DNA from: Octopus bimaculoides
Taxonomy: Eukaryota
Assembly: GCF_001194135.2 (NCBI RefSeq)
Contig: NC_068991.1
Coordinates: 47,824,268 to 47,875,030, forward strand
DNA length: 50,763 nt
Direction: 5' to 3'
Shown here: positions 25,387 through 37,673 of the stretch, one piece after another
Layout: every line of letters begins with the position of its first letter
How positions within the stretch are numbered: position 1 is the first letter of the stretch
Position numbers and translations under genes: made by a program
The notes under the pieces: generated by a model
Told to the model about the DNA's origin: nothing
The model's database searches: none
Seen by the model: the letters and a program-made list of their open reading frames with translations, nothing else

Positions 25387-27104
25387 AAACATCAATCATA
25401 CTGATATTAATCTCAATATTTTTCACTTCTAAATCCAGGAGTATCACACAAGATAACATATAAAAGTTGTTTCCTTGTATTATCCAAGTGATTCTACTAT
25501 AGACAAAAGGCCTGAAATTGTGAGGGTTGGGGCAGTTGATTACATTGATCCCAGACCTTAACTGGCACTTATTTTATGGACCCATGAAAGACAAAGTTGA
25601 CTTTGGCTGTAAACATACTCAAAAAAAAAAAAAAATTTCCTTGAACATAAACTAAATATCAATTCTTGATAAAAGAGAAGTAGAAACTTATTTATTCTTA
25701 CCCACACTTCTCAATTATTGACCCATTAATATGTACATACAGTTTATAAACTATCCTAATTCTATGCACCACCCAATACAGTTTATACAATCACCTATCC
25801 CATTTCTATGTACCAACCAAATGTCCAAATCAAACAATTATTACAGCCCTTCCTTAACACTGTACCTCTTAAAAACAATATTTCGTACATATTTTTAAAC
25901 TGTGTAATGTTTGTACTTTGTTTTAGTTCCACACCCAACCCATTCCCCATATTGAAATACACATACTCTTCATAGTACAACACATTAAATTTCTTTAGAT
26001 TAAACTTTCTTCTCAAATTATAATTATAATCCTACTCCCTGTTAAAGAATACTTTTTTTTTTGTATATTACTTAGTAGCAAACTATTTCTTGTTTTAAAC
26101 ACTATTTTTGCCGTGGTAAATTCCACAAGATCCTTGAAATTTAATGTCTGATTTTGAAAACAAGAGTTTATGTCTCTTTTGACAGTCTACATTATTAACT
26201 ATCCTTATCGCTTAATATTAGTTTCTAATTTAAGCAATGCGTTGGCAGAATCATTAGCATGCCAGACAAAATACTTAGAGGCATTTTGCCCGTCTTCATG
26301 TTCTGAGTTCAAATTCTACCTTTCATCCTTTCAGGGTCGATAAAATAAATACCAATTGAGCACTCCTCAAAATTGCTGGCCTTGTGCCAAAATTTGAAAT
26401 CACAATTAGTTTCTAATTTATGCACAAAGTCAACAATTTTGAAATGAGATGAGATTAGAGGATACTATCAACCCCAGTACTTGACTGATACCTATTTTAT
26501 CAACCATAAAAGGGTGTAAGGCAAAGTTGACCATGAAAGAAGCATAAAAAATACTGCAAAACATTTTTTCCAATACTCTAATGAGTCTGCAAACTTGCCC
26601 CTTTTTTATGGCTACATAATGGCTTCTAACTTGGGCACAAGACAAATGATTTTGAACAGAGTGGATAAGTTGACGCCACTGACCCCCATCCCCAACTCTG
26701 TATTTGACTGGTACTTATTCAACCCCAAAAGGATGACAGCAAAGCTGATTTGGACAGAATTTAGAACATAAAGAAGTGGAAGAAGGCCTTTTTTCTCCAA
26801 TGTTCTAATGCTTTTCCGCGTTCATTACTTTTTTTATGGCTAAATAATAAAAAAATTATCTCATTTCTTTATTTGCTACAGAATTAATGTGTTACTTTCG
26901 GTTTAAAATTATACTTGTAGAGCATTCATTCATAAGAAATGAATGCCTCCCTTCAATAATTCTTAATGTTTTGGCATCAAGAGTTTCCCTATTTTCTTCT
27001 CGTGTTTTATTTTGTCTTCTTTCAGTTATTCTTGCTTTTCATTTCCATTCACTCTCTTTCACTGGTCTGATTATTAGTTCTCTTCTCTTCTCTTTCTCTC
27101 TCTC

Positions 27105-27148
<44 letters not shown>

Positions 27149-27564
27149 TTCCTTTCCCCGAGCGTCCAGTAACACAATCTGTATCACGTCCTCACGTTGT
27201 TGTTTTTTGTTGTTGTTTTTTGTTGTTGTTTTTTTTGTTTTTTGAACCTATATATATATCTTTTTTACTTTCAATCAAACTATGCCTTCACTTCATTTCT
27301 CAACACCTCTTCTCTCCTCCTACTTTCCATTCATTCATTTTTACCTTTCTAATTTCACACTCTTTTATAGGGCTTTATCTTCTTTCCACCTCTCTTCTGT
27401 TACTCATAATGCCATTTGTTCCTCTCTATATTGCATCCTCTTTCTACATGACTGTCTGTCTCACTGTTGACACTCACACTGCCAATCTCCTACATATCTG
27501 TTAATCTATCTAATCTACCACTCTTTATATTTTCTTTCTCTCGCTTTCACCACTCTCTGCATAG

Positions 27565-27628
27565 CTACAGTTTTCTCCTTCCAGCATGACAGAAACAGGA
27601 AAACCAATCAAGAAAATAAACTTGACAT
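27565..27628 (+). CDS. Tentative exon D: LQFSPSSMTETGKPIKKINLT (alternative acceptor at 27585 gives HDRNRKTNQENKLD)
   Basis: Long pyrimidine tract then catAG; CAT|GTAACT donor; opens in phase 0 after exon C. The frame is ambiguous. Confidence 0.4.
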
Positions 27629-28502
27629 GTAACTTAGTATTTTCTATACTAATACAGTTAGTGTTATATTAGGTTTCTAAGTGTTAAAAAAATATACTAC
27701 CTCTAACATAAAGTTCATAAAAAGAGACAAGCAACCAAACACTGAACTCAGCTGGTATGTAAAGTAAAATATAAAGTGAATAAATAATTTTTTTAAATAT
27801 ATGAAATAAAAGAATAAAAATAAAATTAAAATTTTTTAGTAGAAGTAATAGCAGGGAAGCAGAAATTTTGTTTTGTTCGATGCATTTCTCTTCATTTCTG
27901 TATTGATTTCATTTGCAACGTATTGATTACTTGAGCAGCAAAATATTGATTTTAAATGATCACATTATAGTGTGTTTCCATCTGATGTTACAGAATCCTC
28001 TTGGAAGGTCAATGCTCTTTGAGGATTTTTTTTTTTTACTGGTGGGTGTATGGGGTGCATGTGCTTGTTTGTTATTGATCTTTATATAGTATTGTTCAAC
28101 ATAAAGGGCAGTACTGTTTTTACAAGCTCCAATAAGGAATTAAGTCAATTGGTCAAAACTGTGCCAAATATAGACATATGCATCATTAGATAAACAACAG
28201 TAACAGCAACAAACTACAAAATGTGCATGAAAGAATAAACAGAGCATTTTTTTTAATTATCAGAACAAAGAAAGAATGAAAGGAAAGAGAGAAAGAGGAA
28301 GAAAAAGAAAATGAGAGAAGATGATTTGAAATGAACTCAAGTTTGCCAAAAACATTTAAAATTAAGTGGGTTCTTAAAATAGAACAGTTTTGGGAAAAAA
28401 AAAAACAGGGGGATAAAATAAATTAATACACCGGATAAAATCAATGAACTCATGTATACATACATGCATATACATACACACACATATATAAAATAAACAT
28501 AT

Positions 28503-28940
28503 TTAACCCTCTTGAGACAAATCCATCTGAAACTGCTTCTCATTCTACGATACAAACTTCCTGTTTTTAAAGTAACCTAAATTCCAAACATTGACTTAAT
28601 ACTGACAAAGTTATTTTACAAAATTTTTCATAATTTTCAAAATTCAAAATTAGTTGAAACAGAATTATAGTAACAAAAGGGTTGAAATGATTTAAATTAA
28701 AATCTTTTATCAAAATTTCTTAATTCATGTTCAAAACACTGGCTTATTAATGACAAAATTATTCCACTAAATTCTTCATAATTTTCTAAATTAATTGAAA
28801 CAGAATTATAGTAACAAAAGGGTTGAAATGATTTAAATTAAAATCTTCCATCAAAATTTCTTAATTCATGTTCAAAACACTGGCTTATTAATGACAAAAT
28901 TATTCCATTAAATTCTTCATAATTTTCCAAATTAATTGAA
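28503..28940. repeat. piggyBac-type MITE followed by a 141-bp tandem array of its right part
   Basis: TTAA-CCC start at 28503; GAAAC anchor at 28656 and 28797, GAA at 28938 (period 141); runs into the 28941-29837 gap. Confidence 0.85.
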
Positions 28941-29837
28941 NNNNNNNNNNNNNNNNNNNNNNNNNNNNNNNNNNNNNNNNNNNNNNNNNNNNNNNNNNNN
29001 NNNNNNNNNNNNNNNNNNNNNNNNNNNNNNNNNNNNNNNNNNNNNNNNNNNNNNNNNNNNNNNNNNNNNNNNNNNNNNNNNNNNNNNNNNNNNNNNNNNN
29101 NNNNNNNNNNNNNNNNNNNNNNNNNNNNNNNNNNNNNNNNNNNNNNNNNNNNNNNNNNNNNNNNNNNNNNNNNNNNNNNNNNNNNNNNNNNNNNNNNNNN
29201 NNNNNNNNNNNNNNNNNNNNNNNNNNNNNNNNNNNNNNNNNNNNNNNNNNNNNNNNNNNNNNNNNNNNNNNNNNNNNNNNNNNNNNNNNNNNNNNNNNNN
29301 NNNNNNNNNNNNNNNNNNNNNNNNNNNNNNNNNNNNNNNNNNNNNNNNNNNNNNNNNNNNNNNNNNNNNNNNNNNNNNNNNNNNNNNNNNNNNNNNNNNN
29401 NNNNNNNNNNNNNNNNNNNNNNNNNNNNNNNNNNNNNNNNNNNNNNNNNNNNNNNNNNNNNNNNNNNNNNNNNNNNNNNNNNNNNNNNNNNNNNNNNNNN
29501 NNNNNNNNNNNNNNNNNNNNNNNNNNNNNNNNNNNNNNNNNNNNNNNNNNNNNNNNNNNNNNNNNNNNNNNNNNNNNNNNNNNNNNNNNNNNNNNNNNNN
29601 NNNNNNNNNNNNNNNNNNNNNNNNNNNNNNNNNNNNNNNNNNNNNNNNNNNNNNNNNNNNNNNNNNNNNNNNNNNNNNNNNNNNNNNNNNNNNNNNNNNN
29701 NNNNNNNNNNNNNNNNNNNNNNNNNNNNNNNNNNNNNNNNNNNNNNNNNNNNNNNNNNNNNNNNNNNNNNNNNNNNNNNNNNNNNNNNNNNNNNNNNNNN
29801 NNNNNNNNNNNNNNNNNNNNNNNNNNNNNNNNNNNNN
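28941..29837. other. Largest assembly gap (others: 2543-2850, 7372-7449, 18225-18433, 22527-23031, 32196-32205, 38706-38769)
   Basis: N runs, mostly flanked by tandem repeats. Confidence 1.
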
Positions 29838-29904
<67 letters not shown>

Positions 29905-29913
29905 ATATATATA

Positions 29914-30273
29914 TCTTTTATCTTTTACTTGTTTCATCATTAGACTGCAGCGATGCTGGGATACCACACTGAAATTGTAGACAAATGAATCGACCTCAGT
30001 ACTTTTTTTTAAGCCCAGTATTTATTCTATCTATGTTGTTTGCTGAACTGCTAAGTTATGGGGATGTAAACACACCATTTCCAGTTGTCAGGTGTTGGTG
30101 GGGCACAAACACACACATACATATACGATGGGCTTCTTTCAGTTTCCATCTACCAAATCCATTTACAAGGCTTTGGTCGGCCCAAGGCTATAGTAGAAGA
30201 CACTTGCCCAAGGTGTTACGCAGTGGGACTGAACCTGGAACCATGTGGTTGGGAGGTAAGCTTCTTACCACAG
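29914..30273 (-). mobile_element. SINE family A, 5'-truncated
   Basis: Reverse complement of 20178-20588. Confidence 0.85.
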
Positions 30274-30582
30274 AAGTATATATATGCGTGTGTGTGTACA
30301 TGTATGTATAGATAGATATTCGTTTATTTCTTATACTGGTTTAAGTCAATTGGTTTCAACTCTGTTAGGGCCCCATTTTGAAGGGATTACTCAATCACAT
30401 CACATCTCACCACTTATTTCAGTCTTCTACTATCTCTATAATTCTCAAATCACATCATACTTTCTCTAACTTTGACCATGGGTTTATGTGTGGTTTGTCT
30501 ATATTAATATATGTAGATAAATTAACTAAAGTTGACATGAGTTTTACCCTCTTAAATATGATGAAATAAAATTCTTTGTAGA

Positions 30583-30635
<53 letters not shown>

Positions 30636-31069
30636 CACGTGTAAACCCACGCACTCCTATTTTAACTGCTCTTAACCTTAAAAAATGACATGAATAAAAT
30701 AGTACTTCATAAAAGTAGAATGTAAATAAAAAGCCATTCCCAGATTATTAGTTTGTGATCCATTCTCTCTTCATCTGGCTATAGATCACCCACACCCTCA
30801 CACCTCCACACATCCACTGACACTTAATGGAAAAGCAGACAATTATGCGATTGTAAACTACTTTTTAAATAACTGACAACATATGCCTCTCTTATGCTGG
30901 CTTCCTTCCTTACTTACATGCTGTCTTACTAAGCTGGCCGGTTGCTTGGCTGGTACTCAAGATTCAGAGACATTCACTTAATTCTTTTATTTGGTTAAAC
31001 AGAAAATACCCAGGATTGCCGCCTCATTTCAGCAAACAGTGTGTAACGACATGCACTATTACACAGATG

Positions 31070-31122
<53 letters not shown>

Positions 31123-31863
31123 TTCCTACTACCCACCCTTCTGTCTGTATATCTTGCTCAGTACATCTCTAAATATCTCTGAATCATTCTTTCTTTCTTC
31201 TCTTCATGTAGATCTCTAAATATCTCTTTATATATCTCTCTTATTTTCCTGTATATCTATATATATATATCCCTGTATATATCTCTATTCTCTTCCTCTA
31301 TATCTCTATATATATCTCCTTTTTCATCCTATATATATATATATATATCTATATCTATATATATCTTCTCTTCCTGTATATCTCTCTATATCTCTGTATC
31401 TCTCTCTCTTCTTTCTGTATACCTTTCTGTCTCCTCTTTCCATAATTCTCTGCACCTTTCTCTCTTCTTCCCTTTCTCTTTATTTCTTTCTCTAGCTATT
31501 TGAAGTTATTTCTTCCATTCTTATTGGATTATTTATTTATGTATTTCAGAAAATCCAAGACTGAATTGTATATGAAATTGTTCTTCAACTCAACTATGTT
31601 CTTGCTATATATTCAATAAATATTCTGCAATCCATAAAACATATACCAGTGGGTGGAATTTGGTAGACATCAACTTTGTAGAAAACTGTTAGAGGGATGG
31701 TATTTGTTCCCAGTCAGTATACTGAATCCATTGCCTAATTTAACATCCCTATTTAGCTCCTCTAGTGGAGCCCACTCTGATGCAAGCATTAGGTTCAAAA
31801 TTAACTTCCTCCTTTTCTCACACCAATCACAAGGTTCCTGAGAGTCCTAAATGTCACCCTTAA

Positions 31864-32083
31864 CCCTTTCGATACCAACCCGGCTGAAACCGGCTCTGAC
31901 TCTGACTATAAATGTCTTGTTTTCGTAAGTTTTGAATTAAAATCTTCCACCAAACCTTAGTCACAATTTATGTTCCTAATACTAGCTGAACGATAACTAA
32001 CTTATTTTACTAAATTCTTTGTTATATTTTAAGTAATTGAAAGAAACACAGAGCATCTCAAAATAAGTACTGTAGCGAAAGGG
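31864..32083. mobile_element. Complete piggyBac-type MITE
   Basis: TTAA TSD at 31860-31863 and 32084-32087; 12-bp TIR CCCTTTCG(A/C)TAC. Confidence 0.88.
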
Positions 32084-32230
32084 TTAAACTTCTGTCTAAA
32101 TTAAGGTCCACAAACTTCTTACATCATTGACCCTCTTCATGGAATCATTGATAACTTATTGACTTCCATCATATGAATTTCTAAAATAAAATTAANNNNN
32201 NNNNNAAGAAAATACATAAAGAAATTGATA

Positions 32231-32489
32231 GGCGCAGGAGTGGCTCTGGTAAGTAGCTTGCTTACCAACCACATGGTTCTGGGTTCAGTCCCACTGCGTG
32301 GCACCTTGGGCAAGTATCTTCTACTATAGCCTCGGGCCGACGAAAGCCTTGTGAGTGGATTCGGTAGACGGAAACTGAAAGAAGCCTGTCGTATATATGT
32401 ATATATATATATGTATGTGTGTCTGTGTTTGTCCCTCCACCATCGCTTGACAACCGATGCTGGTTGTCAAATAAAAGAGTAAAAGAGTA
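32231..32489 (+). mobile_element. Young SINE family A with most of the tail deleted
   Basis: Near-consensus head; jumps from GATGCTGGT to CAAATAAAAGAGTA. Confidence 0.85.
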
Positions 32490-32919
32490 AAGAATCATAA
32501 AAATTCAGTTACATTGATATAGTCAGAATACTTAATGTGAAACATGTAGAGTGAATACTAGTTATGGATTTGGCTTGAAATTAGTGAGTTTTAGCCTTAA
32601 ATTACCATGCTCTTTTAGATTCAGTTCAATAATAAGTTCAGCAGCCTTAATGCCCCAAATCATTTCACGTGTTTATCAAGCCCATTGATAACCACATAGA
32701 AATTGCAGGGTCAATATTAATCATTTTGCTGACTGCTAGTCTAAATAATTACAAAATAACAACACAATGATTACAATAATAGTAATAATAATAAAAAAAA
32801 AATTTCTAACAAGGTCTCATTTCTTGAGATGTATATAGTAAATTACATTGACCCCAGTATTTCACTAATGAGGGTTGATGAGATAAAGTAGCAGTTAAGT
32901 ACTGGAGTTGATGACATCA

Positions 32920-33140
32920 ACAGCATGTGGCTTGGTGGTTTGGGTGTTGGACTCATGATCGTAAGATTGTGGTTTTGATTTCTGGACTGGATGACGCATT
33001 GTGTTCTTGAGCAAAACACATCATTTTATAATATTGCTCCAATCCACTCAGCTTACAAAAATAAGTAATCCTGTGATGGACTAGCATCCTGTCCAAGTGG
33101 GGAACTTATATGACATGAAGCCAGGAAATTGGCCCTTATG
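32920..33140 (+). mobile_element. Older tRNA-derived SINE with a C-like head and a different body
   Basis: GTGGCTT(A/G)GTGGTT.GGGTGTTGGACTCATGAT head; second copy at 41340-41550. Confidence 0.65.
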
Positions 33141-33729
33141 AGTCAGCATGACTTAATAAGGTAATTTCACCCATATTTCACTGGTACTTAATTTCTCGAT
33201 CCTGAATGGATGAAAGGCAAAGTCAATCTCAGCAGTATTCGAACTCAGAATATAAAGACAGATAAAATGCTGCTAAGCATTTTGTCTGGCATACTAATGA
33301 TTCTGCCAGCTAACTTAACCATAATAATAATAATTGGTATGTTTATTTTAATAGCCTATCTGTGTATACAGTGTGTTTATTTGCACTAGATATTGGGAAA
33401 ACACCTGGCAAGAAAAGGAAACAAACTTGAAAGAAGAAGAAAAAAATCATAATAATAATTTCTGATTTAGGCACAAGGCCAGAAATTTTGAAGGGATGGG
33501 GTGGTCGATGTCATCAACACCAGTACTTAACTGGTACTTTATTTCATCAACCCCAAAAAGATGATTGACAGAGTTGACCTTTGTGGGATCTGAAAGAAAA
33601 TGTTTTGGAACAAATACTGTAAAGCAATTTTTCCAAAGCTCTGATCCAGCCAACAATACTCTCAAAGAAGACACTTGCAATATTTATACATATTATTATT
33701 ATTATTATTATTATCATCATCATCATCAC

Positions 33730-33990
33730 AATCTTCACTAGTTTTGATATTCATTTGAGTTATCTTACAGCAACTTAGAAATGCAACACTTTCCTCAACA
33801 CACGCACTATTCTAAGTATGGCCATCAACTGTGTGCTTCTGGTGATGTCTGGATAATTCCAACTCTTGCCAAGCATTTGTGTTCTCTGAAATGGTTCAAG
33901 TGCACCAATCACGATGGATATCATACACTTGAATCTCTATGAATACATATCACTTTGGCTGTCAGGTCTTTCAACTCTTTCATTCTCTAT
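33730..33990 (-). mobile_element. Heavily degraded Dong/R4-like non-LTR retrotransposon 3' end
   Basis: Frameshifted KDL ... ISIVIGAL ... LRIVRVLRKVLHF* (stop 33775-33777), parallel to the 39412 frame; abuts an (ATT)/(CAT)n tract. Confidence 0.55.
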
Positions 33991-34455
33991 CTTCACAGTG
34001 TTCTAATCTGAAGTTACTGCTGCTAGAATCATTAGCACCTAAGACAAAATTCCTTAGTGGAATTTCCTCTGGCTTTTTATGTTCTGAGTTCAAATCCTGC
34101 TAAAGTTAACTTTGAATTTTATCCTTCTGGGGTCAATAAAAAAAAAGTTACAAGTCAAATACTGGGGTCGATGGAATTGACGACTCACTTCCATTTAAAA
34201 CTGCTGGCTTTTGTCAAACTTTGAAACAAAATGGTGGTGAGCTGACAGATTTTCTAGTGCATTGGAAAAATGCTGAGCAACATTTCTTCTAGCTCTTTAC
34301 ATATTGAATTCAAATCCTGCTGAGTTCAAATTTGCTTTTCATCTTTTTGGGGTCAATAAAATAAAGTACCAGTGAAGTACTGAGACCATTGTAATCAATT
34401 TAACCTTCCCACTAAAACTTCTGGCCTTGTACCAAAAATTGAAACAATTGTTTCT

Positions 34456-34745
34456 TTTTATCTTAGGTTTTGTTGTAACTCCTGGAGTCTTGCATGCATA
34501 GTGAGTTTGCTACCTGCAGCCTATGGTACCATGCTATCTGTTCTTTTCAACTATCTAATACTCTCCTGATGATTCTGGCCATGCCAAAGAGACAAACCTT
34601 TTGTAACAGTTCTACTGGCGCTCTATTCCCATTTCCTTTATATTCTCCTTGATGGCTTCTGATACTGTTCCCAAGGAGCCAACAATAATTGGCACTATCT
34701 TCACTTTCTTAATTCTCCACAGTTGAGTTATCTCATATTTAAGAA
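34456..34745 (-). mobile_element. Dong/R4-like non-LTR retrotransposon 3' end, second family
   Basis: LKYEITQLWRIKKVKIVPIIVGSLGTVSEAIKENIKEMGIE, then a frameshift, then PVELLQKVCLFGMARIIRRVLDS* (34743 to 34547). Confidence 0.75.
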
Positions 34746-35421
34746 GGTTGTGTTATTATCATTATTATTAATAGTAGTAGTAGCAGTAGTAAGGCAGTGG
34801 GCTGGCAGAATCATTAGCATGCCAGGCAAAATGCTTAGTGGCATTTCATTCATCTTTACATTTTGAGTTCAAATTCCACCAAGGTCGACTTTGCCTTTCA
34901 TCCTTTCAGGGTCAGTAAAATAAGTACCAGCTGAACACTGGGGTCAATGTAATCAATCTAGTCCCTCTTCTGAAATTGCTCATTATTCAAAAACACAATA
35001 ACCGTTTAGTTATGGACCAACAGCAAGTTTTTGTTGGATATTATTTATAAGCACACATACACACAAAGTGTCCTAACCTAACCCTTTATATTTAAAAAGT
35101 TTGTGCATTTGTGAATTTATGCGTTAACAACTAGGAAAAAGACTCCACTCCTGTTATCAATTTATGGTAATATTAATCACCACCTACTTAATCTCCCTTT
35201 CTCATATATATATATACACACAAACACATGCACATAAACACATACCTATCTTCCATCCTCAATTAATTATAGTTCAAAAGTGTATTAACTAGGTACTACT
35301 GACATTAGCAATGGATCGATGGATTTTCAGACTTCACCTTAATAAATGAAATAACACCAGAAATAAAAATAATGTTATTCATTTGAGAATAAGTACAGTA
35401 TTTATTACATGGTCTCTCTCA

Positions 35422-35488
35422 TACATACATACATACATACATACATACATACATACATACATACATACATACATACATACATACATAC
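35422..35488. repeat. (TACA)n tetranucleotide microsatellite
   Basis: Direct reading. Confidence 0.95.
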
Positions 35489-37189
35489 AAACAAATTCTT
35501 GTGTACACAGTTGAAACAATTAATATCTATTTGTATGGGCAACTTCCCCAAAGCCAATTGTATAGTACACACATTTGACATGTTTTAAATATTGTGAAGT
35601 TTACTTGGAGCTGAAAATACAAACAGTAAGAGGTGAAGGACTGAGGAAGAAACAAAGAGAGAGGGAGGGGTGATAAAAAGAACCACAGTGTGAAATAGAG
35701 AGAGGGAGAAAAAGAGCAGGAAACAGCAGGGATGGGAGAGACTAAAAGAGAAAGAACCACAGTGAAACAGAGAGAGGGAGAAGAAGAACTGGAAACAACA
35801 GGGATGGGAGAGAGAGAGGGAGGGAGAGGGAGAAAATATTCAATAGTGGACTATTCACTAGTATAAAATACCGAAATTTTCTCAAACTTCAGTTGGAGTG
35901 CAGAAAGATGAAGTTGCTATGGACTATAATGTCATTGACTAAGACCAGCATGATTAATCAAATTCACTGTTTGTAAATAGGAAAAACAAGGCTGGGGCAA
36001 CAACAGGGTTAGACAACAATCAATTAGCCATTTATGTCATTGTTCAATTAGTTAGAAATAGCAGCCAAATCTCCCTCAAATTCCACATTTATGATATCTT
36101 TTAGTAGGGAAGAAACACACCATCAAACACAATGAGCAAAACATCTTTATTGTTCAACTAGTTAGAAATAGCAGCCAAATCTCTCTCAAATTCTACATTT
36201 ATTGTCTCATAGAAGGGAACAACCAGTGAGAAATAGCAGCCAAATCACCCTCAAATTCCACAATGCTGTCTTATAGAAGGGAAGAAATGTGCCACCAGAC
36301 ACAATGAGTGTGATATTTTTATTGTACATCAATATATTATTTTACTGGCTTCAATCACTGGACTACAGTCTTGAAACAAGACTGTACAAAGAGTTTGTAA
36401 CAGACTCTTGACAGCCTTGAAATGTACATCCCATTTCAAACTGCACATTAACTGGTTTAGTAATCAATACTAAATACTTATGGTCTAAGTACAGGTGTGT
36501 ATGTGTGTGCATGCGTGCGCACATATTGTATATACATTGTAAACTGGTTGGTGTTAGAAAGGGCATCCAGCTGTAGAAACCATGCCAGACTGGAACCTGT
36601 TGCAGTTCTCTGGCTTGCCAGCTCTGGTCAAACCATCCAACTCATGCCAGCATGGAAAATGGACATTAAACGATGACAATTGTCAGTTTTTAGCAAAGCG
36701 ATCAAGATTTGATTCTCATGATCAGCGGACCTAATTCTGCATTTCACTACTCAGTTTTGAACTGCTAAACCTCTTTATTGCACTTTCTTGATTTGAATCT
36801 TAAACCTTAAAGATTTCATTCATACATTTATATACATACTTTTTTGCGCTTTATATATACTACATTTATATATTAGCTCTGATAAATTAGCCTTGATAAA
36901 GTTAACTTTAAAATGCCATGACAAGCAAGTGTACGAGTGGGTACTTCTATTTCATAAGCTGCTTTAATGCAACAATGGCAATCTCAAGTAAGTCTCCGAT
37001 TCATTATATTTGATATTTACTAAATCAAACAATTATTCTTTGTCTATTCTACTTCAATATCTAAATAGTTATATACATATTGCTGTAATTAATTTAGACA
37101 TTGCATTAATAGACATTTTTTCAACATCTCCAAATAACTAAATGCTGGCAATGCATGCAGGGTTTTCAAATAAATTTGATTACACTTTG

Positions 37190-37455
37190 AATGCCCAACC
37201 AGTCCAGCTCTCTTTAATACCATACCAAAACAGAAACAGATTCCATAAAATTCAAATGTTCAATGGACAAATTTCTTCAAAAAAATCCTGGACCAACCTC
37301 CTACACCCGGATATGTCTCCAACAATAATAACTCTTTGCTAGAGTGGGCCATGGTGCTCCATATATGACTAAAAGACTTCACCAGGTGGTGTTATTAAGT
37401 TAGACATGGCCTGGGCCTATACAGGCCGAAACCTGTCAGAGTTATATAAATATGT
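37190..37455 (+). mobile_element. CR1-like LINE 3' end remnant
   Basis: Frameshifted PALFNTIPKQ / TETDSIKFKCSMDKFLQK / ILDQPPTPGYVSNNNNSLLEWAMVLHI*, resembling CR1-clade ORF2 C-termini, followed by a GGCCT-ATAC-AGGCC 3' UTR stem-loop. Confidence 0.65.
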
Positions 37456-37527
37456 ATCACAGTAAGCACATAAATGTGAAACAAGGTGGAAAAAATAATA
37501 CTTGAATACTGGAGGTAGTGTAATCTG

Positions 37528-37673
37528 CTTTATTAATAAAACTGCAAAGACATCACAAAAACTGTTACTCAGAGTTTCACGTTCCCCGTTTGTCAGAAAA
37601 ACTGTCCGACGAACAGGAGCATGAAACTCTGAGAAACAATTTTTGTGATGTCTTTGCAGCTCTATTAATAAAG
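37528..37673. ncRNA. Palindrome with two degenerate minimal type-I hammerhead ribozyme motifs, probably Penelope-derived
   Basis: Arms 37528-37594 and 37608-37673. Minus strand 37596-37560: CTGACAA-ACG-GGGAA-CGT-GAAA-CTC-T-GAG-TA-ACAGTT. Plus strand 37600-37641: AACTGT-CCGACGA-ACA-GGAG-CAT-GAAA-CTC-T-GAG-AA-ACAATT. Confidence 0.6.

Noticed and set aside
37405-37440. Hammerhead-like GGCCT-ATAC-AGGCC-GAAA-CCTGTC
   Set aside because: No CUGANGA or stem I; better explained as the 3' UTR stem-loop of the CR1-like remnant.
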